DNA of 64,000 nt from a virus. The notes below the pieces were generated by a model that saw only the letters and a program-made list of their open reading frames with translations, searched no databases and was not told the origin of the DNA. The stretch's first letter is position 1. Each line of letters begins with the position of its first letter. Position numbers and translations under genes: made by a program. Location of the stretch: positions 18,336 to 82,335 of the IMG/VR virus record IMGVR_UViG_3300050821_010487; one strand, 5' to 3'. Below are positions 36,228-45,735 of the stretch, piece by piece.

Positions 36228-36426
36228 CCTGGACGTTATGCGGGTGGGCGTTGAGGTAGGCTCCGGCTTCCTTCTGCCAGTAGGGGTGCACCAGCACCGA
36301 CGGGCCCAGGAGTGAGCCGAAGGCGGGCAGGCCGCAGACGCAGCGCTGGCCGCCCCACCAGCCGTTCTCCGCCAGCGCCTCAGCCGGCGCAGGTGTGATC
36401 TCGTTTGCAGGTGCGGTCTCGTTCAT
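36217..36426 (-). CDS. Hypothetical protein
   Basis: Coupled small ORF. Confidence 0.55.
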   Translation of the reverse strand: MNETAPANEITPAPAEALAENGWWGGQRCVCGLPAFGSLLGPSVLVHPYWQKEAGAYLNAHPHNVQVAH

Positions 36427-36689
36427 TGCCTGGTTCTCTCCTGGGCGGTGATCGTGAGCAAGTTGACGGCGTGCTGGAGCTGCCCGGCAAGTGTCTGCGC
36501 TGCCCTCTCGTTCCCGGTGCAGGCGCGGGCGACTGCGAGCAGCAGGGGGAAGCAGTCGGTCTCCGCGTTCGCTGCCGCCAGGATGGCCGACTTCATTATC
36601 GAGATCTTCCGGTCGGTGAAGCCGCCGAGCTGCCAGTGGGCGAGGACCTCGTCGTGGAGGATTTCGTCCAGGGTGGCCGGTGCGGTCAT
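36423..36689 (-). CDS. Hypothetical protein
   Basis: Coupled small ORF. Confidence 0.6.
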   Translation of the reverse strand: MTAPATLDEILHDEVLAHWQLGGFTDRKISIMKSAILAAANAETDCFPLLLAVARACTGNERAAQTLAGQLQHAVNLLTITAQERTRQ

Positions 36690-36958
36690 TGCCGGCACTT
36701 CCCCTCGTGGCCCTCGGCCAACGCACGGCCCGGCTTGCACGTGACGCACCGGTTGTAGAGCGGGATGCCGGCGGTGTCCTCGTGCTGGTCCAGGTTGGTG
36801 GCGGCGGCTTTCCACTCGTCGTCCAGGGCCTGCAACTGCTGTCGTAGTTCTGCCCGCCTCACCGCGTAGGTGGAGGAGATGGCGTTGTAGCGGTCGCAGG
36901 CCTTCTCGTAAGCCTCTTCGCTGGTCGCGGCGATCTGCGCGCGGCGCGTCTCAGTCAT
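36686..36958 (-). CDS. Hypothetical protein
   Basis: Coupled small ORF. Confidence 0.65.
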   Translation of the reverse strand: MTETRRAQIAATSEEAYEKACDRYNAISSTYAVRRAELRQQLQALDDEWKAAATNLDQHEDTAGIPLYNRCVTCKPGRALAEGHEGKCRQ

Positions 36959-37323
36959 GCCGACGGCCCCCGCTGCGCGAGCAGTTCTTCGGTGACCTTC
37001 TGCGCGAGGATGTGCGAGTCGAACGCCGCGAACACGGCGACACGCACCTCGGGCGGCGCGTCCATGTCGCCGCCGAACCGCTGCCAGAACGACAGCGCCA
37101 GGCGGATCAGCTCGTCAAGCTGGTCGCTGCCGTAGGGGACCGCGAACCGGATGAACCGCTTGGTCTCGTAGGTCACCTCGATCGAGCGCTTGCGGTAGAC
37201 CAGGCCGCGCTTTCCCGCTACCAGGTTGTTCACCCGCAGCCCGCTGGCCTTGGCCCACGGGTCCCAGGCGTTGCGGCGGACGCCCTCATCGAGCTGGTGG
37301 AAGCCGAACCTGATGGTGATCAT
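36955..37323 (-). CDS. Hypothetical protein
   Basis: Coupled small ORF. Confidence 0.65.
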   Translation of the reverse strand: MITIRFGFHQLDEGVRRNAWDPWAKASGLRVNNLVAGKRGLVYRKRSIEVTYETKRFIRFAVPYGSDQLDELIRLALSFWQRFGGDMDAPPEVRVAVFAAFDSHILAQKVTEELLAQRGPSA

Positions 37324-37586
37324 GGCGTGTCCTCGGGAGTGAGGTAGTAGCGGACGGCGCCAACACGGGTGTCGGCCTGGATGTAGCCCTCGGTGCGCAG
37401 CATTGCTGCCCACGCCTGGGTGTCGTTGGAGTTGGCCGGCAAGCCGTGGTCAGTGAGATACCAGGCCAGGTCTGCCAGCCCTATGGCGCCGCCTGGGGCG
37501 TTGTTGTTGACCGGCAGAAGCGCCTGGATGATGAGCGCCTGGCCATCCCGGGCCCTGTCCACGTGGCGCTGGTCGTACGGGGTCAT
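37320..37586 (-). CDS. Hypothetical protein (winged-helix-like)
   Basis: LRTEGYI...RYYLT. Confidence 0.55.
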   Translation of the reverse strand: MTPYDQRHVDRARDGQALIIQALLPVNNNAPGGAIGLADLAWYLTDHGLPANSNDTQAWAAMLRTEGYIQADTRVGAVRYYLTPEDTP

Positions 37587-37855
37587 GACGCCTCCTGAGC
37601 GGGCAGGTAGCGCTTGGCGGCGGCGCCGAGCAGATCCGCGACCGCGTCGGTGCGGCGCCTGCGGCTCCTGGTCCGGTGCCCGGTGATGGGCCCTGCTGAC
37701 CAGCTCTGGCACGAGGGGAGGCTGCCGAACCGCTCCACGGTGCCGATGTAGTGCCACGTGCCGCCCGTCTGGGTCTGTACCTCGACGCGGTAGCTGCGCC
37801 GGGTCGTGCCACGGCCGTTCGGGATGACGCGGTGGTTGACGATCTCGGTGTTCAT
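37583..37855 (-). CDS. Hypothetical protein
   Basis: GGAGG RBS. Confidence 0.6.
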   Translation of the reverse strand: MNTEIVNHRVIPNGRGTTRRSYRVEVQTQTGGTWHYIGTVERFGSLPSCQSWSAGPITGHRTRSRRRRTDAVADLLGAAAKRYLPAQEAS

Positions 37856-37991
37856 CTCGTGGCCTCCCTGATCGCCTGGCGCTTGCGGTTGGCGCGGCCG
37901 GTGCGGCCAGGCCGCACGTCGGGCCGGCGGGCACGGGCCCGGAGCGCCATGATCTCGGCGCCCCGCTTGCCCTTGCTCCTCTTCACGGTGC

Positions 37992-38279
37992 TCACTCCCC
38001 CAGCGCTGATGCGATGGCGTCCATGGCGGTCTCGGCGCTGACCAGGCCGCGCCGGTAGTTGCCGGCCAGCTCACGCACCAGGGCGGTGTAGCTGCCGGCC
38101 AGGAACTCGTCCCGCAGCCGCATGGCCTCGTCGTAGTGGTCCTGCTCGCTGTACCGGACGTGACTGCCGGCTCGCGCATCCCGTACGAGCACGGCCAGCT
38201 CCGCGGTCGCTTGGTCGATCTGGTGGTTGCCGGTGACCTTGACCCCGCGGGTACCCATCTGGTCTGTCATCGTGCTCAC
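37992..38279 (-). CDS. Hypothetical protein
   Basis: Coupled small ORF. Confidence 0.6.
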   Translation of the reverse strand: MSTMTDQMGTRGVKVTGNHQIDQATAELAVLVRDARAGSHVRYSEQDHYDEAMRLRDEFLAGSYTALVRELAGNYRRGLVSAETAMDAIASALGE

Positions 38280-38635
38280 TCCCCGAACGGTCCGTTTTCG
38301 AAGCAGGATGCGCGGTAGGCGACTTCGCCCAGGTTCTCGGCGTAGACGCCGGTCACCTCGCCGTGCAGGTAGGCCCGGAAGCCCTTGATCCGGATGCGGC
38401 GGACGGTGTACTCGTCGTTCCACTGCAGGTCGATCGTGACCTTGTAGCCGTGGCCGACGGGAAGGATGACGCCGTGGTCGTTGTAGAACATCCGGCCGCC
38501 CGAGATCGCCAGGAAGTTCATCCGGCCGAGCTGCTGCATGAGCAGGCCGATGTCGCAGCGGTCACTGAACCGGCGCTTGTCCTCGGCGAGGAATGACTCG
38601 TCCATCTCGCGGGGCGTGGTCTGCGTGATGGTCAT
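38276..38635 (-). CDS. Hypothetical protein
   Basis: GGAGG RBS; first gene after promoter. Confidence 0.75.
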   Translation of the reverse strand: MTITQTTPREMDESFLAEDKRRFSDRCDIGLLMQQLGRMNFLAISGGRMFYNDHGVILPVGHGYKVTIDLQWNDEYTVRRIRIKGFRAYLHGEVTGVYAENLGEVAYRASCFENGPFGE

Positions 38636-38670
38636 CTGGTGCCTCCCTGGCTCGGTTCCTTGCGAGTCCT

Positions 38671-38698
38671 ACGTTACAGGGTTTCTTGCTAATGTCAA
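38671..38698 (-). promoter_or_regulatory. Conserved phage promoter
   Basis: TTGACA-TTAGCAAGAAACCCTG-TAACGT. Confidence 0.85.
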
Positions 38699-38721
38699 TC
38701 TAGCAAGAGGCACCGACAGAA

Positions 38722-38931
38722 CTACTCCGTGGTGAGGTCCAGGAGCGGGACTTCGCGGGGAGGCCGCTTGGCCACGCCGTCGTCACAGCGCAAGATCCGC
38801 AGCCCCTCAGGCAGCAGCGGCTGGCCTCTCCGCAGCAGGTGCAGCCATGTGACCAGCTCGTGCTTGACGGTGAAGGCCGCGGGGTCCTCGCCTGGCCTGG
38901 TCACGATGAAGATGGTCCGGGCGCGTGCCAT
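38722..38931 (-). CDS. Hypothetical protein
   Basis: Coupled small ORF. Confidence 0.55.
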   Translation of the reverse strand: MARARTIFIVTRPGEDPAAFTVKHELVTWLHLLRRGQPLLPEGLRILRCDDGVAKRPPREVPLLDLTTE

Positions 38932-39344
38932 CAGAGCCGCTCCTGCAGCGGCACCCCGGCAGCGGCCTGGAGTACCGAGTAGGCCAGGTGGCGCTGCCAC
39001 TCCTCGACGGTGCTGCCCTCGAACCTGCGGCACGAGCAAGCGACAAAGTCGCCCAGCACACCTGGAACGCCGAGCACGCCACGCGGCCTGTGGTGGCTCA
39101 CCTCGTCGGCTGCACGCCTGAGGCCGTCGTCGCCGAGGATCTCCCCCGAGCGGTCCTCCCGGCCGCCCTCGTAGGCACGCCGGAGCGCCTGGAGGGCATC
39201 CTCGGGCGAGTCCAGCTTGTACCCGGGGCCCAGCCACAGCACGGGCGTGGGCGGGGCGTCAGGCGCGGTCCGCTCGCGGATCTCGTAGCCGAGCTGCCCG
39301 CGGGGCAGCATGGCGAGTTTGTAGGTGCGCTGGGTCATCGCCAT
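38931..39344 (-). CDS. Hypothetical protein
   Basis: C-terminal CSC...H motif. Confidence 0.6.
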   Translation of the reverse strand: MAMTQRTYKLAMLPRGQLGYEIRERTAPDAPPTPVLWLGPGYKLDSPEDALQALRRAYEGGREDRSGEILGDDGLRRAADEVSHHRPRGVLGVPGVLGDFVACSCRRFEGSTVEEWQRHLAYSVLQAAAGVPLQERL

Positions 39345-39593
39345 TCACTCCAGCCCTGCCGCCTTGTAGACCTGCTCGATGATGTCCCGTGCGTCGTCAC
39401 GCTCCACGCTGATGCTGATGCCTGCTTTGAACACCAGCGACTCGATGTCCTCCAGCAGGTCGGCGCGGATGTTCTCATCCAGCGAGTCGAACGCCTTCAG
39501 CAGCTTCACCCGGCGTGCTGCGGATGCCTCCCGGTTGTTCGGGTTCATGGCCAGGCACGAGGGGCGCCCGGCGTCCCTGGATGGCTTCATCAT
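39345..39593 (-). CDS. Hypothetical protein
   Basis: Coupled small ORF. Confidence 0.6.
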   Translation of the reverse strand: MMKPSRDAGRPSCLAMNPNNREASAARRVKLLKAFDSLDENIRADLLEDIESLVFKAGISISVERDDARDIIEQVYKAAGLE

Positions 39594-39868
39594 GTTTGCT
39601 CTCCCGTTTCCATCGCGCTGTCGTAGATCAGTTTGTCCAGGGCGTCCAGCAGGCCGCGCAGGCTGCCGCGCTGCTCAGGCGTGAACAGCCCCCAGGCGGC
39701 CGGTGTGGCCTCGTCGCGCAGGATCTTGAGCATGTCCAGGGACTCGCCCCGGTGGGTGTCTATGACCAGTTGGTAGCGCTTGACGTAAGCCCGGTCGTAG
39801 CCATGGCGCAGCGCCGGGTGGATCTCATGGACTGATCCACCCGGCTGCTCGGCTGGCTGGCTGGTCAC
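39590..39868 (-). CDS. Hypothetical protein
   Basis: Coupled small ORF. Confidence 0.6.
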   Translation of the reverse strand: MTSQPAEQPGGSVHEIHPALRHGYDRAYVKRYQLVIDTHRGESLDMLKILRDEATPAAWGLFTPEQRGSLRGLLDALDKLIYDSAMETGEQT

Positions 39869-39883
39869 TAGATTTCGTCCATG

Positions 39884-40366
39884 TCAGTGTTCCTCGTCTT
39901 CTACCAGCGTCAGGCTGTAAACCTTGTAGGCCGGGACCTTGAGGCCCTCGTTGCGCCTGGCCGCGAACGCCTTAGCTCCCTCGACGGTGAATGCCAGGCC
40001 GTCCTCGGCATTACGGAAGACATAGCCGCAGGAAGTGTCTACGGCTACCGCGTCAGGCACCGCGACGAGGCGGCGGGTCGCGGGGTCGGGTTCGGGGATG
40101 ACGAACGTCTTGCGCGGGTACTGGGCCAGGGTCCTCCAGGCGCGCACCGTGAGTCCGCGGGCGGTCTTCTCGCGGTCGATGCGGCGGCCGTGCTCGTCCA
40201 GGACGTGGACCTGGCCGCGGGCGATCAGGAGGACGCCGTAGTCCCGCCAGCCGTGGCAGATGCGGGCGCCGTTGCTGCGGTACAGCCAGCCGCCCGCGCG
40301 GCCGGTCACGCCGTGCGCCTTGCCGAAAGCCTTGGCGGCTGCTTCGAGGTTCTTGTACGTGGCCAT
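39884..40366 (-). CDS. Hypothetical protein
   Basis: 160 aa in leftward operon. Confidence 0.7.
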   Translation of the reverse strand: MATYKNLEAAAKAFGKAHGVTGRAGGWLYRSNGARICHGWRDYGVLLIARGQVHVLDEHGRRIDREKTARGLTVRAWRTLAQYPRKTFVIPEPDPATRRLVAVPDAVAVDTSCGYVFRNAEDGLAFTVEGAKAFAARRNEGLKVPAYKVYSLTLVEDEEH

Positions 40367-40367
40367 G

Positions 40368-40706
40368 TCAGGCACCCTTCCTCGTGAGCGTGGCGACCGC
40401 GGCGGCGAAGTGGGAGACGATCTCGGGGCGCTTGGTGACGGCCCAGGTGGGGCGGCCGATCGTGATGCTGTCGGCGCCCTCGGTGGTGACGGTCCAGCCG
40501 TACCACTTGCCCATCCGGCCGTACTTGTCGCGGACGTCCACGCAGCCGAGGAACTCACCGGCAGCGTCGCGCACCTGGTAGGCGATCGAGTAGGTGTCCG
40601 GCCCGCCACTGAGGACCTGGCCGCGGGGGTTGGTGCTGACCTTGACGTTGAATCCCGCCGCCTTGAGTTCTTCCGCGAGTCGGCCCCAGCCTGCCTCTGA
40701 TGCCAT
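40368..40706 (-). CDS. Hypothetical protein
   Basis: AGGAGG RBS after promoter. Confidence 0.75.
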   Translation of the reverse strand: MASEAGWGRLAEELKAAGFNVKVSTNPRGQVLSGGPDTYSIAYQVRDAAGEFLGCVDVRDKYGRMGKWYGWTVTTEGADSITIGRPTWAVTKRPEIVSHFAAAVATLTRKGA

Positions 40707-40743
40707 TCCCGTGCCTCCTGTCGTCCGGTCCCTTGCAAGACCA

Positions 40744-40772
40744 ACATTACAGGGTTTCTTGCTAACGCACAA
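40744..40772 (-). promoter_or_regulatory. Conserved phage promoter
   Basis: TTGTGC-GTTAGCAAGAAACCCTG-TAATGT. Confidence 0.85.
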
Positions 40773-40814
40773 CCCCAGGGAGGTGCTTTCGCTTCCTCCC
40801 TAGGGTTGCCTGGA

Positions 40815-41537
40815 TCAGGCGGCCGGGACGACCTCGAAGTCCATTTCGCGCCAGTCACGGATGTTGTAGCGGCCGTAGCCTGGCACCCCGAACGTGTTGC
40901 CCTTGATGAAGTCGAACTCGGCCCACTTGGTGCCGTCGGTGAACTCGATCGCCCGGGGGAACTTCACCGTGGTGCCCGGGGTCACCGTACGGGCCAGTGC
41001 CACGCGCTCCAGCCGCTGGCGGCAGGCGGTGCGCCACTCGCGCGCCGACTCGTTCGAGCAGTAGCCGTGGCCGCCTGGCACGTGGAACGGTGCGCTGCCG
41101 TCGGCCTGGCGGGCGCTCTCGGGGAAGTGGTAGCAGTGCGGGCCGGTGCACTCGCTGCGCACCTTCCCGGGGTCAGCTTCGTACACCCACTGGCCATCGC
41201 GCACGGTCAGCTCCTGGTTGCAGAGCTGGCAGTAGGTCTCGTCGTGGTGGCACTCGGGGATCGGCGAGAGCAGGTCCAGGACCTGAGCCGAGGCGCCGAA
41301 GTCACCGGGGCCGCACTCTTCGCTGCACGCCTTGTAGGTGAAGTTGAAGTACCCCCGGCTGCGCCAGGTCAGCGTGACAAGCGCTTCCACGTTGCCGGTG
41401 CGGTTGTCGCGTACCGCGGCGTAGTGGGTGGTGCCGGTCATGTTGCTGGCGATGATCGTGTAGTGCTCGTCCAGCTCGCCCTGCATGACCTGGGTGGTCG
41501 TCTGGCCGGGCTCCCGGTGGAAACTCGTTGCGCCCAC
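40815..41537 (-). CDS. Hypothetical protein
   Basis: 240 aa, GAGGAGG RBS; YKxxSEExGP...AREWRxxC. Confidence 0.75.
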   Translation of the reverse strand: MGATSFHREPGQTTTQVMQGELDEHYTIIASNMTGTTHYAAVRDNRTGNVEALVTLTWRSRGYFNFTYKACSEECGPGDFGASAQVLDLLSPIPECHHDETYCQLCNQELTVRDGQWVYEADPGKVRSECTGPHCYHFPESARQADGSAPFHVPGGHGYCSNESAREWRTACRQRLERVALARTVTPGTTVKFPRAIEFTDGTKWAEFDFIKGNTFGVPGYGRYNIRDWREMDFEVVPAA

Positions 41538-41609
41538 TGTCTGCCTCCTCTGTGGTTCGGTCCCTTAGCAAGAAACATTGTAACAGAGGGGGTCCGACAG
41601 TTTGGAGGG

Positions 41610-42008
41610 TCAGGCCGGCAAACTGCCCTCAGCCTCCAGGTTTGCCTCGGCGGAGCGCACCCGCGGCGGGATCGTGCCGTCGGCCACGAGCTGCGCGTGG
41701 CGCTCCAGCAGCGAGGAGCTGGCGGCCATATGGCGCTCGGTCCACCGGGCGCGGTAGTCGCAGATCCGGCACAGGTCCAGCCACACCATGAGTCCACCGG
41801 TCAGGGGCGACGGCTCGACCAGGTGGGAGACGAAGATGCGCCGCCTGGTGCACAGGGAACACTTGCGGTCGTCGCGGTTGAGCATCGCGGCGCGGGCGTC
41901 TGCGACGTCGCACCACTGGCCGTAGAAGGCGGCCCAGTCGGGGTCGAACTCGGGCGCTGTGGCCAGGACCACAATCAGCCGGTCCACGTGCCTGGGGCTG
42001 ACGTTCAT
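41610..42008 (-). CDS. Hypothetical zinc-binding protein
   Basis: CSLC...WLDLCRIC. Confidence 0.65.
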   Translation of the reverse strand: MNVSPRHVDRLIVVLATAPEFDPDWAAFYGQWCDVADARAAMLNRDDRKCSLCTRRRIFVSHLVEPSPLTGGLMVWLDLCRICDYRARWTERHMAASSSLLERHAQLVADGTIPPRVRSAEANLEAEGSLPA

Positions 42009-42139
42009 GTCAGGATGCCCTCCTCCGTCTGCGGCTGTTCCTCTGCGAAGGGCAGCTTAGCAAGGAAAGCTGTATGCATGCAACGCAGCCGGTTATACGC
42101 ATATACGCATACTTGATGATCTTGCCAGGCGTCTGGCAC

Positions 42140-42505
42140 TCAGCCGGAACGCTGTGCCGCCTCTCCTGGCACAGGCTGTGCCAGGAGCTGGCTCACGAAC
42201 ATCAGGCACTGGCACCCCGGCACCTGGCACGGCCCCAGCCTGCCGGAACGCCCCTTGTGCCAGACCTTGGCGTGCCAGCACGTGAACGGCACGCTGGCAC
42301 AGGCCGAGCCGTGGGCTGGCACGCTCTCGCCGCGTGCCAGCCTGTCCACCAGGACGCCCTCGTCAGGCGTCATCGGGTGCGCGCCACGGCCGCCGCGGAA
42401 CGCGCGCCAGAACCTGGTGGCCTCAGGGTGCAGCCGGCACTCCTCGCTGCCGGGGTAGCCGGCCTGGTGCAGCTCGGCGCAGCGGGGGCAGACAGGCTTG
42501 GTCAT
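42140..42505 (-). CDS. Cys/His-rich hypothetical protein
   Basis: CPRC...CxH...CQVPGCQC. Confidence 0.6.
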   Translation of the reverse strand: MTKPVCPRCAELHQAGYPGSEECRLHPEATRFWRAFRGGRGAHPMTPDEGVLVDRLARGESVPAHGSACASVPFTCWHAKVWHKGRSGRLGPCQVPGCQCLMFVSQLLAQPVPGEAAQRSG

Positions 42506-42786
42506 CGCGCGGCCTGGTCCACCATGCGGGCGTTGTCGAGGACCTGCTGGCGGTTGGCCTGCTTGGTGGCGGCCTCCAGCTCCCGGCTCAGCCTGCTGAT
42601 GATCGCGCGCTGGCTCTCGATGTGATCGGCCAGGAGCATGACCCGGCCTCCGGTGTAGGCCAGCTTGCAGGTCTTCCTGCGGCCGTCGATGGTGTAGAGC
42701 TTCGTGCCGTCGGGACCGACGAGCACCCAGTGGGTCAGCGTCCAGTGCAGCCGCCGCCTCCTCGCCGGCGGGTGAACAAGCCTCAT
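42502..42786 (-). CDS. Hypothetical protein
   Basis: Coupled small ORF. Confidence 0.55.
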   Translation of the reverse strand: MRLVHPPARRRRLHWTLTHWVLVGPDGTKLYTIDGRRKTCKLAYTGGRVMLLADHIESQRAIISRLSRELEAATKQANRQQVLDNARMVDQAAR

Positions 42787-42794
42787 GACAGGAA

Positions 42795-43088
42795 CTACCT
42801 TCTTCTCTTGATCTCTCCGTGGATGAACATGAACACGGTGCCCGCGGCGATGAACCAGGGCCCGACAATGTCCGCGCCGCCTCCGGGCCAAAACCAGCTC
42901 ATGACCCAGATCGTGGCCCCCAGGGCGATGAGCGCGGTGCCCAGGAGACTCGCCATGCTGTCGCGGTGCGGCCGGGTGCTCAGGAGCCTCAGGACGTCCC
43001 GGGCCCGCACCCGTCCCCGGTACACCAGCTCCCGCTTGCGGAGCGCTGTCCGGGCCTCCTGGAGCGCCTTGGGCAGGTTCCTGGGCAT
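42795..43088 (-). CDS. Small membrane protein
   Basis: Two hydrophobic helices. Confidence 0.65.
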   Translation of the reverse strand: MPRNLPKALQEARTALRKRELVYRGRVRARDVLRLLSTRPHRDSMASLLGTALIALGATIWVMSWFWPGGGADIVGPWFIAAGTVFMFIHGEIKRRR

Positions 43089-43127
43089 GGGTCTCCAAAG
43101 CGGTATCCGGGGGATGAGTCAATGGTG

Positions 43128-44009
43128 TCAGTCCGGGGGCGGTGCTGTGTAGGTGACGCCCTGGTACTTGATGGTTTCTTCACCTGTCAGGTTCCGGTGC
43201 GCCTGCACGATCAGGCCGGTGATCTGCTGGGCGAGCTGGACGGCGAGCCTCAGCCGCACCGCGATGTCATCCCGGCCTTCCCGCGAGCCCAGTGCGCCCT
43301 GGAGCGCGCTCTTCAGGTCCGAGGCCTTGATGATCGATTCGATGAGCGGCTTGCCGTCGGGCAGGGGCGCTTCCTCCGGCCTGGGACTGGCCTCGCTCTC
43401 ACTGTTGCGTGCTACAACTTTGGCCGGCCACTTGTTGCCCGGGAACACGTTCGACAGCGGCCCACCGGTCGTCACCCGGAAGCACCTGCCGGGCTTGCAC
43501 ACCCCGCTGCCTACCTCCAGGTTGCTGCCGTGGCAGTAGCCGCCGTCGGGGCAGCGGCCAGCTCGGGCCCTGCGGGCATCCGGGCAGGCGGGGCACGGCA
43601 CGACAGGCTCGCCGTGCATCTCGGTGGCGTCCTCCATGCGCAGGCAGACCCGGCAGCGCCGCGAGCATGCCATGGTGCTGCAGTGGTTGCGGCATTCCTG
43701 GCCGTCGTGGCAGTGGCCAGCTAGCCGGTGGTTCTCGGGCCCCCGGTCGGCCTCCGGAAGGTTCCGGTCGTGCCCGAACGGCAGCACGCAGCCGGGGCTC
43801 TCTTCGCAGTATCCGGGTGTGTGCTCGTCAGCGTGGGTGTGGTCGTCATCCAGGACGCCTTCGGTGGCTTTTGCGAACTGGTGCCAGGGGTGCTCGCAAC
43901 CGGTCTTCGGCAGCCAGGGCGAGCGGCACTCCGGGCACGAGCGTGCCTTGGCGTCGAACACGTACAGCTCTTCATCGCTGGAGACGCTGAATCCTTCTGC
44001 GGGGGTCAT
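43128..44009 (-). CDS. Multi-Cys hypothetical protein
   Basis: Tandem small Cys/His clusters. Confidence 0.65.
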   Translation of the reverse strand: MTPAEGFSVSSDEELYVFDAKARSCPECRSPWLPKTGCEHPWHQFAKATEGVLDDDHTHADEHTPGYCEESPGCVLPFGHDRNLPEADRGPENHRLAGHCHDGQECRNHCSTMACSRRCRVCLRMEDATEMHGEPVVPCPACPDARRARAGRCPDGGYCHGSNLEVGSGVCKPGRCFRVTTGGPLSNVFPGNKWPAKVVARNSESEASPRPEEAPLPDGKPLIESIIKASDLKSALQGALGSREGRDDIAVRLRLAVQLAQQITGLIVQAHRNLTGEETIKYQGVTYTAPPPD

Positions 44010-44239
44010 CTGGGCTCCTCGTGTTTGGGTGGCTTGCGGCGGCTGCTGATCGTGGCGTCGCCCATGAAATGCAGGAGCCGGAATGCCGTGACGATGAACA
44101 GCAGCGCCCCCACCGCGGTGGCTATCAGCCCGTAGCGGGTGGGGAGGAACGATCCGGTGATGAAGGCTCCCGCGGTGCACAAGGCAAAGACCGCTACCTC
44201 GATCGGCGGCCGGGGACCGGGGTGCTCGGGCTCTGTCAT
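44006..44239 (-). CDS. Small membrane protein
   Basis: Two hydrophobic helices. Confidence 0.6.
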   Translation of the reverse strand: MTEPEHPGPRPPIEVAVFALCTAGAFITGSFLPTRYGLIATAVGALLFIVTAFRLLHFMGDATISSRRKPPKHEEPR

Positions 44240-44565
44240 CGCTGCCGCCCCCGTTTGGCGGTGGCGGCTGCGTAGTGCATGGTCGCTTCTCCCGCGAACG
44301 CGGCCATCCGGTCCCACTTCTGCCTGCGTTTACAGAACGGGATCATTGCCGCCGCCTCGTCTCCGGCCGCGATGTGTTCGTCCGGGGTCATGCTCCCGAG
44401 GCCGGGAGGTTCATCGAATTGGTGCTCCGGGAGGTCGTGGTACTCCTGCGCCGCTTCCTCGGCGGTCATGGGGAGCCGGGCGTCTTCCGCATCCTGGCTG
44501 CCGCCTCCCGTCGTGGCGTACGTCTCGCCATCGTCTCGCCGCGCGCCCATCCACCGGCCGCTCAC
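44236..44565 (-). CDS. Hypothetical protein
   Basis: Coupled small ORF. Confidence 0.55.
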   Translation of the reverse strand: MSGRWMGARRDDGETYATTGGGSQDAEDARLPMTAEEAAQEYHDLPEHQFDEPPGLGSMTPDEHIAAGDEAAAMIPFCKRRQKWDRMAAFAGEATMHYAAATAKRGRQR

Positions 44566-44972
44566 AGCTTGGTCCCGGGGGCGTGTGCCCGCAGCATCTG
44601 GTGGCAGCGGTGGTTCTCGGGGATGCCGTCGGGCGCGGGAGCGTGGTACCACCAGGTGGGCGACGGCTCCCATATGACTCGGCGGCGGTGCGCGATGCAC
44701 CAGCTCACATGGATGGTGCTGTCGAGCGTCATGGCCTCCTGCCGGGGCGCGGCTTCCCTCTGGCGGTTTATGGCTTCGGTGAACGCGAGATGGGCGGGGA
44801 AGGCCTGGAGGTAGTCGGCGAGGACCTGGGCGGTGGCTTCGTCGGCAGCGATCAGGGTCCCGAGTGCTAGCCCGTTGGTGCCTGGTTCCGGTGAGACGTA
44901 AACGGCCCACCGGCCGATTTCGGAGGCGGGACGTTCTACGGCCACGGCCCGCAGGCCCGGCTCGCTCATCAT
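44562..44972 (-). CDS. Hypothetical protein
   Basis: Coupled small ORF. Confidence 0.6.
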   Translation of the reverse strand: MMSEPGLRAVAVERPASEIGRWAVYVSPEPGTNGLALGTLIAADEATAQVLADYLQAFPAHLAFTEAINRQREAAPRQEAMTLDSTIHVSWCIAHRRRVIWEPSPTWWYHAPAPDGIPENHRCHQMLRAHAPGTKL

Positions 44973-45316
44973 GTGGGCTCCCCGGGCACGCAGACCAGCT
45001 CGAAGATCGCCTGCGGGATGACGAAGAATCCCCCGGGGAAGGTGCGGATGACCCAGTCGCCTGGCTTGGCGGTCTGCTCGCCCGCGGCGGTCTGTATGGC
45101 CAGGGTGGTCTCGTCTCCCATGCCGCCCGGGTGGTGGAAGTCTGCCGCGTTGACCATCAGCCACCCGGCCATTCCCCCGGCCTGGATCAGGTCGCCGGGG
45201 AGCCACTGCATCGCTTCAACCCCGGGGACCTTGAGGCGGTACAGCGCGGGCATCCCGTATCCGGGGCGGAGGAGCGGGAGCCCCTTGCCCTGTCTCCTGC
45301 CTGCTGCTCTCGTCAC
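44969..45316 (-). CDS. Hypothetical phage protein
   Basis: VEAMQW...IQT..G...AKPGDWVIR...IFE, a common phage SH3-like pattern. Confidence 0.7.
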   Translation of the reverse strand: MTRAAGRRQGKGLPLLRPGYGMPALYRLKVPGVEAMQWLPGDLIQAGGMAGWLMVNAADFHHPGGMGDETTLAIQTAAGEQTAKPGDWVIRTFPGGFFVIPQAIFELVCVPGEPT

Positions 45317-45537
45317 TGCGCATCCTCCTTGGTGTGGTTGTCCTGCTGTTTCCGGCCGGTGTAGACGAGCACGTGGGCGTAGATGACGGCCCCGGTGGCA
45401 CCGGTCAGGGCGCGGGCCCACGTGGGGAGCGGGGTCAGGTGCGGGAAGGTGCTCAGCGTCATCATGGCGATGGACACCAGGCCGGACCAGAAGAGGAGTT
45501 CCTTCTTCCAGCGCGGCCGGTGGTCTGCTGCCATCAC
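45313..45537 (-). CDS. Small membrane protein
   Basis: Two hydrophobic helices. Confidence 0.6.
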   Translation of the reverse strand: MMAADHRPRWKKELLFWSGLVSIAMMTLSTFPHLTPLPTWARALTGATGAVIYAHVLVYTGRKQQDNHTKEDAQ

Positions 45538-45695
45538 GTCTCCTCCAGCCTCATGTAGCGCACGGTCACTTCGTCCGTGCCGTGCTGGGGGCAGCGGTAG
45601 GACGGCTCCACGATGCCGCCACGGATCTGGCGGCGGAAGGTGTGCCCGCACGCGAGTTCGACCCGGTAGGTGTCGCTACCTGCCGTTCGTCCCAT
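45534..45695 (-). CDS. Small zinc-ribbon protein
   Basis: LACGH...YRCPQH. Confidence 0.55.
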   Translation of the reverse strand: MGRTAGSDTYRVELACGHTFRRQIRGGIVEPSYRCPQHGTDEVTVRYMRLEET

Positions 45696-45735
45696 CTGCC
45701 CTATTCCTCCCTCGCGCACCCGCGCCCGCGACCGT